Origin: Candidatus Omnitrophota bacterium
Lineage (GTDB): Bacteria; Omnitrophota; Gorgyraeia; Tantalellales; Tantalellaceae
DNA: 64,000 nucleotides
Assembly (NCBI GenBank): GCA_015231405.1
Contig: JADGBR010000006.1
Location: forward strand, 40,218 to 104,217
Direction: 5' to 3'
Positions 1 to 9,482 of the stretch are shown piece after piece (within the stretch, counting starts at the first letter, position 1; every line of letters begins with the position of its first letter). The notes under the pieces were generated by a model. That model had not been told where the DNA came from, made no database searches, and was given only the letters and a program-made list of their open reading frames with translations. The translations under genes were made by a program, and so were the position numbers.

Positions 1-2173
1 GAAGCCACAGCCCGTGATCCTTTTTCGAAAGTTCGAAGATCCTCCCCAGGATGTATTTACCCTGCTCTTCTCCGCTTCTGGCCCTGTGTCTAAGGGTATC
101 CGGCAGTATCCTGTACAGGCTCATTATAAGTCCGAGGTCTTTCTCGAGCGTCCCTTGCAGCTCCGAGATATCCAGATAAAGACTTATAATCTTTTCAGCG
201 CTCCGTGATAACCACTTATTGATCTCCTCCACCCTCTCGAACGAGGTGTAATACTCCCTTTTGGAGGTAGAGGATATCCGAGTGTAAATACGCTGATCGT
301 TAATGTTGTTATACAATTGTCTTACCGCATAAAGCGCCGACGCGAGGTCCACAGTTGAGCCCTTCTTCCACTCCAACTGATAAAACTTTTCTAAAGCGTA
401 TTCTTTGACCCGGAACATAATAGGGGTTTTCTCGATATCGTCCGTATGCCCGCGAACACCCGCGAAGAGTTTAAGAGCGAAAACATCCTCAAAAACCCCG
501 GGTATGACGATATTCTCAGGATCCGGATACCAGAATGAGATAAAATCGATCAGTTCTTTTTTAGTGGCGTTGTTGAGATAGCCGTAAATGTCAAACGGCT
601 CGCATCCGGACTCCCTATATACGCGATCTCTATTAATCCCTCTCGACCTGACCACTCCCTCCATTACCGTTCTTGAGGGGTTCTCACATTCGTCAAAAAT
701 AAAATCCACGACGGTTTGCTCGAATATCCTGTACCGCATATCACCGGCATGCGCGTTGAGCTTCCTCGCTTTTTTCAAGAACGCGATCAGTCCATTCTCC
801 ACAAAAAGAGATTTAGGGTATCCTTCCTCATGATAGAGAAATACCTGCGCGTAGAAGTAATGCATGAAAGCAAGCAGGCTTTCGTAATCTTTAGCCTCAT
901 CGGCATAGCGGTGATATCCCTCAAAAAAATGAACCTTTTCAGCCGAGTATTCGCTACCGAGTTTTTCTATGTCGTGCATCCTTGACAGAAACTTCGATAG
1001 TTCCGTAACGGGAGGCACTTCTTTGTCGATCTCTTTTGGCATTGGCTTAACAGCGTCAATTGATTTCCAGGCGTTGTTCGCCCTGGTGTTACTCAATGAT
1101 CCAGCCCTTTTACCAAGATCGGGATGATAGGACCACGGATTCAACATCCCCATTTCCACTTTACCTGATCCCTTAGCAAGAAAATGGTCATACAATATGT
1201 CGATGTATTTGACGGAATACCCGGCTTTGTCCATCGTAAACAAAGCCTCGTTATCGGCCTCATATTCATTCGCATAACGTTCAAACCGCAACCTGAGATA
1301 TTCCGGAATGCTGACGAATCTTTCGGGTTTACCTCCACGGATGATCTTTTCACGGGATTGCTTTTTATGCTCGATTTCGTGAGCTAATAAAAAAGCGATA
1401 ATGTGTTTTCTCGCCTCACTGGGAAAAGACTGTATAGTTCTTAGGCAGCCGACGTTTACCACAACATAGGGCGAATAAGCCAGATCATAAATATTATACG
1501 ACTCATCCTTAATAAGTTTGATCTTATAAACTTTCTCCGGCAAACCCGCTGCCACGAGCAGCTCCCGGTAGACCTCATCCAGCATCCTGCAAGTCGCCGT
1601 GTATTCGTATTTCGGGTCCACATAACTCTCGGACGGGATATCCTTAAGCGAATTCTCTATTTGCCATTCCGGCGCGAAAAATTTGGACTCCTCGCCGGCC
1701 AGAACTTTGTCCTCACCATTCACGCGCCGGATATCCACGCATGAAGGGTTGTTCCTTATATCCTCCATTGTCCGGGCTTTCGACAGGATCTTAAATTTAA
1801 GGCCTTCCCCTTTCCCTCTTTTAAGAACGACCTCGATATTTAAAATATCACCGGAAAAAAACGGGTCGCGGCTTACGTTCAGCAGTCTCTTTCCGGCGTC
1901 GTGGAACATCCTGTCCAAACGAGCGTTTATGTTTTGACAAGGGACTAAATTACCCTTAAGACATGACGCAAGAATGAAAGCCGTCTCGACGCTGACCTGG
2001 TCTTCGATACCTTTTCCAGCTGCCTCTATTATCGGCTTAAAGATAGACTGGACCTGGAGGTTATCTTCAAAATTTCGGGTACGATGAGTCCCTGATTCCG
2101 AAATGTCAATTGGACCCAGACAAACAAAGGGTACCATACTGAGGGTGATAACTCTTTTAATAAGTATGTTCAT
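1..2173 (-). CDS. Large protein (more than 720 aa, N-terminal part only; the gene continues past the window start) with an HExxH zinc-metallopeptidase-like motif (LLAHEIEHKK); hypothetical
   Basis: Hand translation of the minus strand from the ATG at 2171-2173 (MNILIKRVITLSMVPFVCLGPIDIS...) runs open to position 1. No in-frame stop is implied, because the ORF track lists no stop-terminated minus-strand ORF in this frame. The HEIEH motif is encoded at about 1369-1383. The N-terminus is hydrophobic and could be a signal peptide. Confidence 0.5.
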   Translation of the reverse strand, partial: MNILIKRVITLSMVPFVCLGPIDISESGTHRTRNFEDNLQVQSIFKPIIEAAGKGIEDQVSVETAFILASCLKGNLVPCQNINARLDRMFHDAGKRLLNVSRDPFFSGDILNIEVVLKRGKGEGLKFKILSKARTMEDIRNNPSCVDIRRVNGEDKVLAGEESKFFAPEWQIENSLKDIPSESYVDPKYEYTATCRMLDEVYRELLVAAGLPEKVYKIKLIKDESYNIYDLAYSPYVVVNVGCLRTIQSFPSEARKHIIAFLLAHEIEHKKQSREKIIRGGKPERFVSIPEYLRLRFERYANEYEADNEALFTMDKAGYSVKYIDILYDHFLAKGSGKVEMGMLNPWSYHPDLGKRAGSLSNTRANNAWKSIDAVKPMPKEIDKEVPPVTELSKFLSRMHDIEKLGSEYSAEKVHFFEGYHRYADEAKDYESLLAFMHYFYAQVFLYHEEGYPKSLFVENGLIAFLKKARKLNAHAGDMRYRIFEQTVVDFIFDECENPSRTVMEGVVRSRGINRDRVYRESGCEPFDIYGYLNNATKKELIDFISFWYPDPENIVIPGVFEDVFALKLFAGVRGHTDDIEKTPIMFRVKEYALEKFYQLEWKKGSTVDLASALYAVRQLYNNINDQRIYTRISSTSKREYYTSFERVEEINKWLSRSAEKIISLYLDISELQGTLEKDLGLIMSLYRILPDTLRHRARSGEEQGKYILGRIFELSKKDHGLWL

Positions 2174-2358
2174 TAAATTAATAAGTTTTTTGTTTTAGAT
2201 TTTTATTGGTCTAACATATTATAGTCTACAAGTTCACTTTAATCAAAGCATATTACTTGCTTTTTTTTGCTTAACATAAGGTTGGTTATTTATTGAATGG
2301 AGAATTGATGGAGCTCGGCGAGACGGAAATCGGCCTGGGTCAAATTTCCTATAGATCG

Positions 2359-2922
2359 TTATCTGTAGCCGTATATTAGCGATAGGGCTTCGGAGCGGGT
2401 TTTGTGGTTGTTCAGGAAAATGCCCCTTACGGCACTGGTGGTGGTTGTTACACCGGGTTTTTTTACGCCCCTCATGCTCATGCATAGGTGCTCGGCTTCT
2501 ATGATAACGAACACGCCTTTGGGTTTAAGTTTCTTCATTATAGTGTTGGCTATGTCGGTCGTGAGCCTTTCCTGGACCTGCAGCCTTTTGGAGAACATAT
2601 CGACTACACGGGCTATTTTTGAAAGGCCGGTTATCCTGTCGGCAGCGGGGATATACGCCACATGCGCTTTTCCTATAAAGGGAACCATGTGGTGCTCACA
2701 AACCGAGTATAACGGTATATCCTTTAAGAGAACGATCTCGTCATGCTCTTCGTCGAATATTATCTTGAGCTCGTTCCCAGGGTCTCGTTTTATACCGTCG
2801 AATATCTCTTCGTACATCCTTGCTACCCTTTTAGGCGTTTCTTTTATCCCCGGTCTGTCCGGGTTCTCGCCTATAGCTATGAGTATTTCGCGGATGGCTT
2901 TTTCGATGCGTTTCTTGTCCAT
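2359..2922 (-). CDS. folE: GTP cyclohydrolase I
   Basis: 187 aa. Strong family signatures (…[12 protein letters not shown]…, …[15 protein letters not shown]…). Confidence 0.95.
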   Translation of the reverse strand: MDKKRIEKAIREILIAIGENPDRPGIKETPKRVARMYEEIFDGIKRDPGNELKIIFDEEHDEIVLLKDIPLYSVCEHHMVPFIGKAHVAYIPAADRITGLSKIARVVDMFSKRLQVQERLTTDIANTIMKKLKPKGVFVIIEAEHLCMSMRGVKKPGVTTTTSAVRGIFLNNHKTRSEALSLIYGYR

Positions 2923-3098
2923 GTATTGTCTCCTTGTTAATTGACGTGTCAGTTTTATCCGTAATGCCTGATATCGTAAGACGTGGGACGTTGGACGTAT
3001 GACGTACGTTTTAATGAGAACTTTAATTTCATGCGCATCTTTCTACGTCCAACGTCCCACAACCTACGTCCCACGGAACTTATCTATCACTTTCACCC

Positions 3099-4499
3099 TC
3101 ACTTCCCAATACAAAACCCGGCAAATATCCGATCCAGAACTTCCTCCCCGACAGTCTCCCCAGTGATCAAGCCAAGATCATTCACCGCTTCGTTGATATC
3201 GCTCGCAAGAAGTTCGGCGTTGAACTCTACTGAAACCGACCTGACGGCGTTTTCGATATTTTCGAGAGCGCTTTCAAGCGCTCTCTTGTGGCGAATATTG
3301 GAAAGCATAGCGCCGCAAGTTACAGATGTCTCGCCCATCTTAAGGACCTTGTCCGATACAGCTGCCCTTATTTTTTCGATATTAACGCCTTTAACTATCG
3401 AAGTCTCTATCACAGGATCCCCGCCTAAGGTCCCGGCGATTTCGTCCGCTGATACCTTTTTTTCAAGGTCTACTTTATTCAGTATAACTATCCTTTCCTT
3501 ATCCCCGATCAACTGGTATATCTCCTTGTCAGCCGGGGATAATGACATCGACGCGTCCAGCATGAATATCACGAGATCAGCCCTCGCGATGACCAGAAGG
3601 GCTCTTCTGATGCTTTCCGTCTCTATGCGGCAATCCGTTTCCCTGATGCCGGCTGTATCGGTGAGTTTAACCTTGATCCCGTTTATATCAACCGACTCCT
3701 CGACGACATCCCTAGTGGTACCCGAAACCGGGGTCACTATAACCCTGTCCTTTTTGAGCAGCGCGTTCATGAGACTTGATTTCCCGACATTAGGCCTCCC
3801 TGCGATAACAACGGTCAAACCTCTCGTCAGTATCTCTCCCTGCCTGAAAGTTCCCAGAAGCGAGGCGGCATTAGCCTTAAGCGATCTAAGGCGCCCCGCG
3901 ATATTTCCCGCGCCCTCAAATTCAACATCCTCGCCCGTAAAATCTATTCCCAGCTCAACCAGCGACAAAATATCGAGGGCTTCATCCCTTAACCGTTTTA
4001 TCTCACCGGAAAATACGCCTCGAAGGTCCCTCATCGCCAGCCGCTGCGCCTCATCGGATTCCGCTCTGATCACATCAAGCACCGCTTCCGCCTGAACGAG
4101 ATCCATGCGGCCGCTGAGAAAAGCCCTTTTGGTGAACTCGCCGTGACCGGCTAGCCGCGCGCCTTGGGCCAGACAAAGCTCGAGAACCCTTTTAACGGTT
4201 ACCGGACCGCCGTGGCAATTGATCTCGGCGATATCTTCCGTGGTATACGTCGCCGGAGCTCTCATCACCGCGAGCAAAACCTCGTCCACGGTCTCTCTTT
4301 CTCCCGGCCTTACTATATGACCGAAATGAACGGTATGGCTGGGTACAGCCTTTATATCAAGTCCTCTTTTGGGCCTGAAGATCCGCGCGGCTATCTCTAT
4401 CGCCTCCGGTCCGCTCATCCTGACGATACCTATCCCGCCCTCGCCGGGGGGCGTCGATATCGCCGCTATTGTATCATTTTTCACTTTTCCCATTCTCAC
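3099..4499 (-). CDS. mnmE: tRNA modification GTPase MnmE (TrmE)
   Basis: 466 aa. It has the N-terminal DTIAAISTPPGEGGIGIVRMSG motif, a G-domain (GRPNVGKSSLMNAL) and the C-terminal CIGK motif. The most likely start is the ATG at 4493, with GTG at 4499 as an alternative. Confidence 0.95.
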   Translation of the reverse strand: MRMGKVKNDTIAAISTPPGEGGIGIVRMSGPEAIEIAARIFRPKRGLDIKAVPSHTVHFGHIVRPGERETVDEVLLAVMRAPATYTTEDIAEINCHGGPVTVKRVLELCLAQGARLAGHGEFTKRAFLSGRMDLVQAEAVLDVIRAESDEAQRLAMRDLRGVFSGEIKRLRDEALDILSLVELGIDFTGEDVEFEGAGNIAGRLRSLKANAASLLGTFRQGEILTRGLTVVIAGRPNVGKSSLMNALLKKDRVIVTPVSGTTRDVVEESVDINGIKVKLTDTAGIRETDCRIETESIRRALLVIARADLVIFMLDASMSLSPADKEIYQLIGDKERIVILNKVDLEKKVSADEIAGTLGGDPVIETSIVKGVNIEKIRAAVSDKVLKMGETSVTCGAMLSNIRHKRALESALENIENAVRSVSVEFNAELLASDINEAVNDLGLITGETVGEEVLDRIFAGFCIGK

Positions 4500-4502
4500 G
4501 TC

Positions 4503-5867
4503 CTACGTCCCACTTCCTACGTCCCACGATCGCATCCCAGCCGTCACCCCCGTGCGCCCCAAAACACGATCACGCACCTCACCAACAAGATAGAACGACC
4601 CCGTAACAACAACAAGATCCCGTTTGGAAGTTTTCGCGAACACGACACCGAGCGCCTCGTCGACATTCGCGGTGACGGTTATGTTATTACCGCGAAAAAA
4701 ACCTCTCACGACAAGAGGATCCGCCGCGCGCGCCACGTTTGACCTTGTTATTACGAACTCATCAGCTGTCCCGGATAATTCCTCTACAACACCTTTAATA
4801 TCCTTATCCGCGGAGATCCCCAGAATGAAGAACAGCCTGTCATATTTAAAGGCCCTCCTTATCGCCGATACCAGTCTTCGCGCGCTCGCTTTATTCTGCG
4901 CCCCGTCGAGGACCATCATTGGATCACGTGATATTATCTCGAGCCTCCCGGGGATAAAGGCTTCTCTTACCCCTTTTCTTACGGCTTCCTTATCCGCTTT
5001 GAAACCTTTCCTCAAGGCTATTTTCTCGAACATCCCTATAGCCGTCGCCGCGTTCTCCGCCTGAAAATCACCGGACATGGCCGAATAACAGTTCTCGTAA
5101 ACCCCGGAAGTCCCTTCTATGTCGAAGTAAGTCCCGTCGATACCGGTCCTGACCCTGCCGAACTTTATATCCCTTCCGACGGCCGAGAGAGGCGCGTTCT
5201 TTTCGGCGCACCTGGCCTCGAGAACGCCCATTACTCCGGGCTCCTGAGGCGCCGTCACACAATCCATCCCTTCTTTTATCACTCCGGCTTTTTCGCCGGC
5301 TATCTCCTCCAAAGTATTACCGAGAATATGCGTATGGTCATAGCTTATCGGGCTGAAACCCGCTACATGCGGTTCTATGACATTCGTAGCGTCCAGCCGT
5401 CCTCCGAGCCCGCATTCGAAAACCGCGTATTCGACCTTCATCGCCCTGAAATGCATCATGGAAATTATCGTGAACATCTCGAAAAAAGAAAAAGTGCGGC
5501 TTTCCATGAGATCGCCGATAATATCGCCGGCGGCATTGATCGTTTCAACCACGGAGCTTTCGGATATCATTACGTTATCGACGCATATCCTTTCCCTCAT
5601 ATCAGAAAGATGGGGTGAGGTGAATATGCCGGTCCTCGACCCTGAACTTTTCAATATCGAGGCGAGAAAGACGGATGTCGAACCTTTTCCTTTTGTCCCG
5701 GCGACATGGGCCGTCTCGTAGCTCCTTTCGGGGTTGCCCAGCCTGGCCAGGGCGAGACGGATATTCGAAAGATTATCCCTCCGTTTAAGCTTGACCAGAC
5801 CTCTTGACTCGAAATTGTAGAGAGAGTTAAGATACTTGACCGCGTCCGGATATGTGGTGATATTCAT
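4503..5867 (-). CDS. folC: Folylpolyglutamate synthase / dihydrofolate synthase
   Basis: 454 aa with Mur-ligase-family motifs (HVAGTKGKGST…). Its last ~10 codons are encoded by the CCTACGTCCCAC repeat element. Confidence 0.9.
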   Translation of the reverse strand: MNITTYPDAVKYLNSLYNFESRGLVKLKRRDNLSNIRLALARLGNPERSYETAHVAGTKGKGSTSVFLASILKSSGSRTGIFTSPHLSDMRERICVDNVMISESSVVETINAAGDIIGDLMESRTFSFFEMFTIISMMHFRAMKVEYAVFECGLGGRLDATNVIEPHVAGFSPISYDHTHILGNTLEEIAGEKAGVIKEGMDCVTAPQEPGVMGVLEARCAEKNAPLSAVGRDIKFGRVRTGIDGTYFDIEGTSGVYENCYSAMSGDFQAENAATAIGMFEKIALRKGFKADKEAVRKGVREAFIPGRLEIISRDPMMVLDGAQNKASARRLVSAIRRAFKYDRLFFILGISADKDIKGVVEELSGTADEFVITRSNVARAADPLVVRGFFRGNNITVTANVDEALGVVFAKTSKRDLVVVTGSFYLVGEVRDRVLGRTGVTAGMRSWDVGSGT

Positions 5868-5875
5868 ATGGCAAA

Positions 5876-7450
5876 TTAATGCTTAAAATGCCTGATACCG
5901 GTAAAAACCATGGAGATACCGCACCTGTCGCAGGCCGCGATAACATCGGCGTCCTTTACGGAACCACCGGGCTGAATAACCGCCCTGACCCCGGCCTTAT
6001 GAGCTTCGTCTATGGAATCAGGCATAGGGAAAAAAGCGTCGCTCGCGAGCACAGATCCTTTTGACCGTTCCCCGGCTTTCCTGATCGCCGTTATTACGGA
6101 ATCGACCCGTGACATCTGTCCGGCTCCTATGCCGACCGTCGCCGTACCTCTTGAAAGAACGATCGCGTTGCTTTTAACATGCCTGACAATATTCCAGGCG
6201 AAAATGAGAGCCTCCATGTCTTCTTTTGAAGGCACCGCCTTTGTGACAATTTTCATGTTCTCCGCGGAAATCGAGCCCTCATCCATATCCTGCACGAGGA
6301 ATCCTCCGGGCACCTTTTTAATATCTTTTTCCCCGGCTGTCCCGAGTTCGCCCGCCGGAAGTCCCAGAACACGCAAATTCTTCTTTTTCCCGAAAACCTC
6401 TAAAGCTTTCCCGATATATCCGGGGGATATTATGCATTCCACGAAATCGGCCTCGCCAAGAATAAGCTCGGCTAACTTCTCGTCGATCTCGCGGTTAAAA
6501 GCCATTATCCCTCCGAAAGCGCTCATCCTGTCGCAATCGAGAGCCTTGAGATATGCGTCCTCCATTTTATCCGCCATGGCCGCGCCCGAGGGGTTGTTAT
6601 GTTTTACGACCACCGCTCCCGGCTTATCAAGATCGTTAACGATCCTTAGGGCGGAGCCTAGGTCCAGGATATTATTAAAAGAAAGCTGTTTCCCCTGATA
6701 CTGTTTCGCCGCCGCGAAACCTTCCGATCGGGAATCTATATCCTTATAAAGGGCCCCTTTCTGGTGTGGGTTTTCACCGTATCTCAGGTCATACAATTTT
6801 TCCAGTCTGATATTGATAGCAGGAAGCAGTTCATCCGCGCCCTCCCCACCCGGCAAGGACGGAAACGTCCGAGAGAAATAACGGTTTATGGCCCCGTCAT
6901 ATTCCGATGTCCTCCGGAAAGCCTCCGACGCCAGCTTTTTAAGCGTTCCCTCGGATATTTCTCCGCCCGCGGCGTTCAGTTGGCGTATAACTTCAGGATA
7001 CTGCCCGGGGGAAGAAACTACCGCTACCGACTTAAAATTTTTTGAGGCGCTGCGGAGCATGCTCGGTCCGCCTATATCAATGTTCTCGAGCGCTTCCTCG
7101 AAAGTCACTCCCGGACGCGAAACTGTCATCTCGAAAGGATAAAGATTTACGACCACCATATCGATGTAAGGGATGCCCATCGCCTCCATCACTTTCCGGT
7201 GCTCGGAGTTATCCCTCTGAGACAGGAGACCGGCGTGGATAACAGGATTCAGGGTCTTTACGCGGCCATCCAGCATTTCCGGATAACCCGTATGGTCAGC
7301 TATGTCTACCACCGGTATGTTAAGGGATTTTAGAAGCTTTGCGGTGCCGCCTGTCGATATTATCTGGACTCCCAGAGCGTGGAGCAGAAAAGCCAGCGGC
7401 TCGAGCCCGGTTTTATCGTAAACGCTTATAAGCGCCCTTTTTACTTTCAC
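5876..7450 (-). CDS. purH: Bifunctional AICAR transformylase / IMP cyclohydrolase
   Basis: 524 aa. N-terminal MGS-like domain (RALISVYDKTGL…GGTAKLL) followed by an AICARFT domain. Confidence 0.95.
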   Translation of the reverse strand: MKVKRALISVYDKTGLEPLAFLLHALGVQIISTGGTAKLLKSLNIPVVDIADHTGYPEMLDGRVKTLNPVIHAGLLSQRDNSEHRKVMEAMGIPYIDMVVVNLYPFEMTVSRPGVTFEEALENIDIGGPSMLRSASKNFKSVAVVSSPGQYPEVIRQLNAAGGEISEGTLKKLASEAFRRTSEYDGAINRYFSRTFPSLPGGEGADELLPAINIRLEKLYDLRYGENPHQKGALYKDIDSRSEGFAAAKQYQGKQLSFNNILDLGSALRIVNDLDKPGAVVVKHNNPSGAAMADKMEDAYLKALDCDRMSAFGGIMAFNREIDEKLAELILGEADFVECIISPGYIGKALEVFGKKKNLRVLGLPAGELGTAGEKDIKKVPGGFLVQDMDEGSISAENMKIVTKAVPSKEDMEALIFAWNIVRHVKSNAIVLSRGTATVGIGAGQMSRVDSVITAIRKAGERSKGSVLASDAFFPMPDSIDEAHKAGVRAVIQPGGSVKDADVIAACDRCGISMVFTGIRHFKH

Positions 7451-7452
7451 TT

Positions 7453-8031
7453 CTACCTCGCCTTAAGTACTTTTATCTTCAGCCTGAGCATCCCGATCTC
7501 CTCGCCCAGCTTGGTTAATTCCTGTCCGAGAGTAGCTTCCCTCTCGAGAAGGATGGAATGTTTCTTGTTCCAGACCTGTATTTCCTCTTTCGTGAAATCA
7601 AGCCTGTTCTTTTTTTGCATTAGGTTATCGACTTCGCTGATATCCCTTTTCACGTCATTCATCTCGTTCGTCTTTATCTTGAACCTCGCGGAGATATCTA
7701 TCAATTTATTCCGGAGCTCCTGCTGGTCCGGAACGAGCTGCTGCTTTTTTGCCTCTAACGCCTGAAGATATTCGACCCTAAGGTCCTCCCTCTTTTTCTT
7801 GAGAGACTCGATCTGTATGTAGATAGCGTTAGCGGCCTTACGGTACAGGGCCCCTATATCGGATATCTCGTTCTGTATAAGGTCCCTTTTCTCGAGCAGT
7901 TTCGCGAACAGGGGGTCATAATCTACTATTTTCTTCTCAGCCTCTTCCCGCCTTTCCACACAGCCGCATAGCGCCACCGTCGAACAAAAATAGATAAGAA
8001 ACAGTAAATGCTTTATGCGACAGATCGACAT
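7453..8031 (-). CDS. Hypothetical secreted or lipoprotein coiled-coil protein
   Basis: The ORF is 7453..8070. The likely start is the internal M (MSICRIKHLLFLIYFCSTVALCGC…), which gives a signal peptide, followed by a heptad-rich KE coiled coil. Its stop lies 2 bp from the purH start, so the two are probably co-transcribed. Confidence 0.45.
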   Translation of the reverse strand: MSICRIKHLLFLIYFCSTVALCGCVERREEAEKKIVDYDPLFAKLLEKRDLIQNEISDIGALYRKAANAIYIQIESLKKKREDLRVEYLQALEAKKQQLVPDQQELRNKLIDISARFKIKTNEMNDVKRDISEVDNLMQKKNRLDFTKEEIQVWNKKHSILLEREATLGQELTKLGEEIGMLRLKIKVLKAR

Positions 8032-8050
8032 ATAACTTGTCCTTACGTTT

Positions 8051-8107
8051 GACCATGGACCATGGACCATGGACCATAGACCATGGACTATAGACTATGG
8101 ACTATGG
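8051..8107. repeat. Tandem heptamer array (GGACCAT/AGACCAT/GGACTAT, about 8 units)
   Basis: Read directly: ggaccatggaccatggaccatagaccatggactatagactatggactatgg. Confidence 0.8.
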
Positions 8108-8111
8108 GCCT

Positions 8112-8309
8112 TCACTTTCTGGCGGCCTCTTTCTTTCGGTCTTTGCGTTCGGCTGTCCCGGAAGCTAGAGCTATGATGCCGGCGAATATAAGAAAACCCG
8201 GCAGTATTCCCCTTACGATGAACAAAACTTCGTATCCCCACAGGAAAAAAAGTATGACTCCTAAGATCGTCAATACCCCTCCGCCCGCCAAACTGTAATA
8301 CTGGCCCAT
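8112..8309 (-). CDS. Small membrane protein (two predicted TM helices), hypothetical
   Basis: 65 aa. Two hydrophobic stretches and a basic C-terminal tail (KDRKKEAARK). Confidence 0.35.
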   Translation of the reverse strand: MGQYYSLAGGGVLTILGVILFFLWGYEVLFIVRGILPGFLIFAGIIALASGTAERKDRKKEAARK

Positions 8310-8420
8310 CTCATCCCTCCGTCTTTCTCGCGCCGGGTCAACGTAACTCCTGACGTTTTTACATTATACAATTAAAACGCGTATTGCCAAGACAAAAAAC
8401 GTTTTCCCCACGGGAGTTAT

Positions 8421-8491
8421 GTCATCCCCGCGAAAGCGGGGACCACATAAAAATAATATTTCCATTAGATCCCCGCTTTCGCGGGGATGAC
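8421..8491. repeat. Twin GC-rich hairpins forming a 23-bp inverted repeat (gtcatccccgcgaaagcggggac … atccccgctttcgcggggatgac)
   Basis: Read directly. The stems are tccccgc/gcgggga with loops gaaa and tttc, separated by a 25-bp AT-rich spacer, about 90 bp upstream of era. Confidence 0.7.
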
Positions 8492-8583
8492 AACTTCTAT
8501 TTCTATTTTCCCTTCCCCTCTTTGTCCCGTTTGCCCCAATTATCCGTCTAGCTATCATACTTCACGCATGCTATAATATCGCC

Positions 8584-9477
8584 ATGACAAAATGCGGATA
8601 CATAGCTATAGCCGGGCAGCCCAATGTCGGGAAATCCACACTGATCAACGGCCTCATGAAGAAAAAAGTCGCTATTATCAGCGAAAAGCCGGAGACCACC
8701 AGGGACGCGATATGCGGGATACTCACCGAAGGCGACAGCCAGATGATATTCATCGATACGCCCGGGATACACAAACCTAAGAATCTCCTCGGAAAGATCA
8801 TGACCACCCAGGCGAGATCGTCCGTCCTCGAAGCCGATATCATCCTCTTCCTCATCGAAAAAAGAGCGGCTTTCACCCGGGAGGATATGAACATCATCTC
8901 TCTATTACCCGAGAAAAAGGACAAGAAAACGGTCATTCTGATAATAAACAAAACGGACAGGATAAAAGATAAACCGTCCCTTCTCCCTCTCATGGAAAAA
9001 GCGGCCCGGCTGTACCCCTTTGACGAGATAGTGCCGATGAGCGCCCTTGACCAGAAGCACATTGACGCGCTGCATTCGCTCATAACCAAATACTTACCTG
9101 AAAAAGATCATATTTTCGCCTCTGACAAGATCACGGACAGGGACGAGGATTTCATGACAAAAGAAATAATACGGGAAAAAATACTCATTGAATCCTACGA
9201 TGAAGTACCGCATTCGGTAGCTGTGACGATTGACCAGAAGAACGACGAGGGTACTATCATCCGCATCCACGCCACGATAATAGTTGAAAGGGAATCCCAA
9301 AAAACCATAATCATCGGGAAGAACGGCTCGATGATAAAGAAGATCGGCACTTCCGCGCGCCGCGAACTGGAAAAACTTCTTAATAAGCGGGTCTATCTGG
9401 ATCTCTGGGTCAAACCGGTGAAAGACTGGAAGAAAGATACGGAAGCGCTCAGGGACGTCGGGTATATAAGCGGCTGA
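8584..9477 (+). CDS. era: GTPase Era
   Basis: 297 aa. G1 motif AGQPNVGKSTL, DTPG, NKTD, and a C-terminal KH domain (…IIIGKNGSMIKKIG…). Confidence 0.95.
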   Translation: MTKCGYIAIAGQPNVGKSTLINGLMKKKVAIISEKPETTRDAICGILTEGDSQMIFIDTPGIHKPKNLLGKIMTTQARSSVLEADIILFLIEKRAAFTREDMNIISLLPEKKDKKTVILIINKTDRIKDKPSLLPLMEKAARLYPFDEIVPMSALDQKHIDALHSLITKYLPEKDHIFASDKITDRDEDFMTKEIIREKILIESYDEVPHSVAVTIDQKNDEGTIIRIHATIIVERESQKTIIIGKNGSMIKKIGTSARRELEKLLNKRVYLDLWVKPVKDWKKDTEALRDVGYISG

Positions 9478-9482
9478 GCATT

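Noticed and set aside
2983-4095. 370-aa plus-strand ORF (and many other long ORFs antisense to mnmE, purH, the RND genes, leuC, the giant paralogs and others)
   Set aside because: Each is fully embedded antisense within a well-supported conserved gene (MnmE, PurH, AcrB-like and so on). Their products are low-complexity Ser/Pro/Ala-rich shadows typical of antisense frames in GC-balanced genes. No independent SD or homology is visible.
8051-8107. Possible CRISPR array (short regular repeats)
   Set aside because: The units are 7 bp, contiguous, and have no spacers. Nothing in the window has the 24-47-bp repeat plus unique-spacer architecture of CRISPR.
8364-9089. Minus-strand ORFs 8364..8558, 8548..8772 and 8571..9089
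   Set aside because: They overlap the twin-hairpin region and the well-supported era gene on the opposite strand, and show no SD or homology signal.
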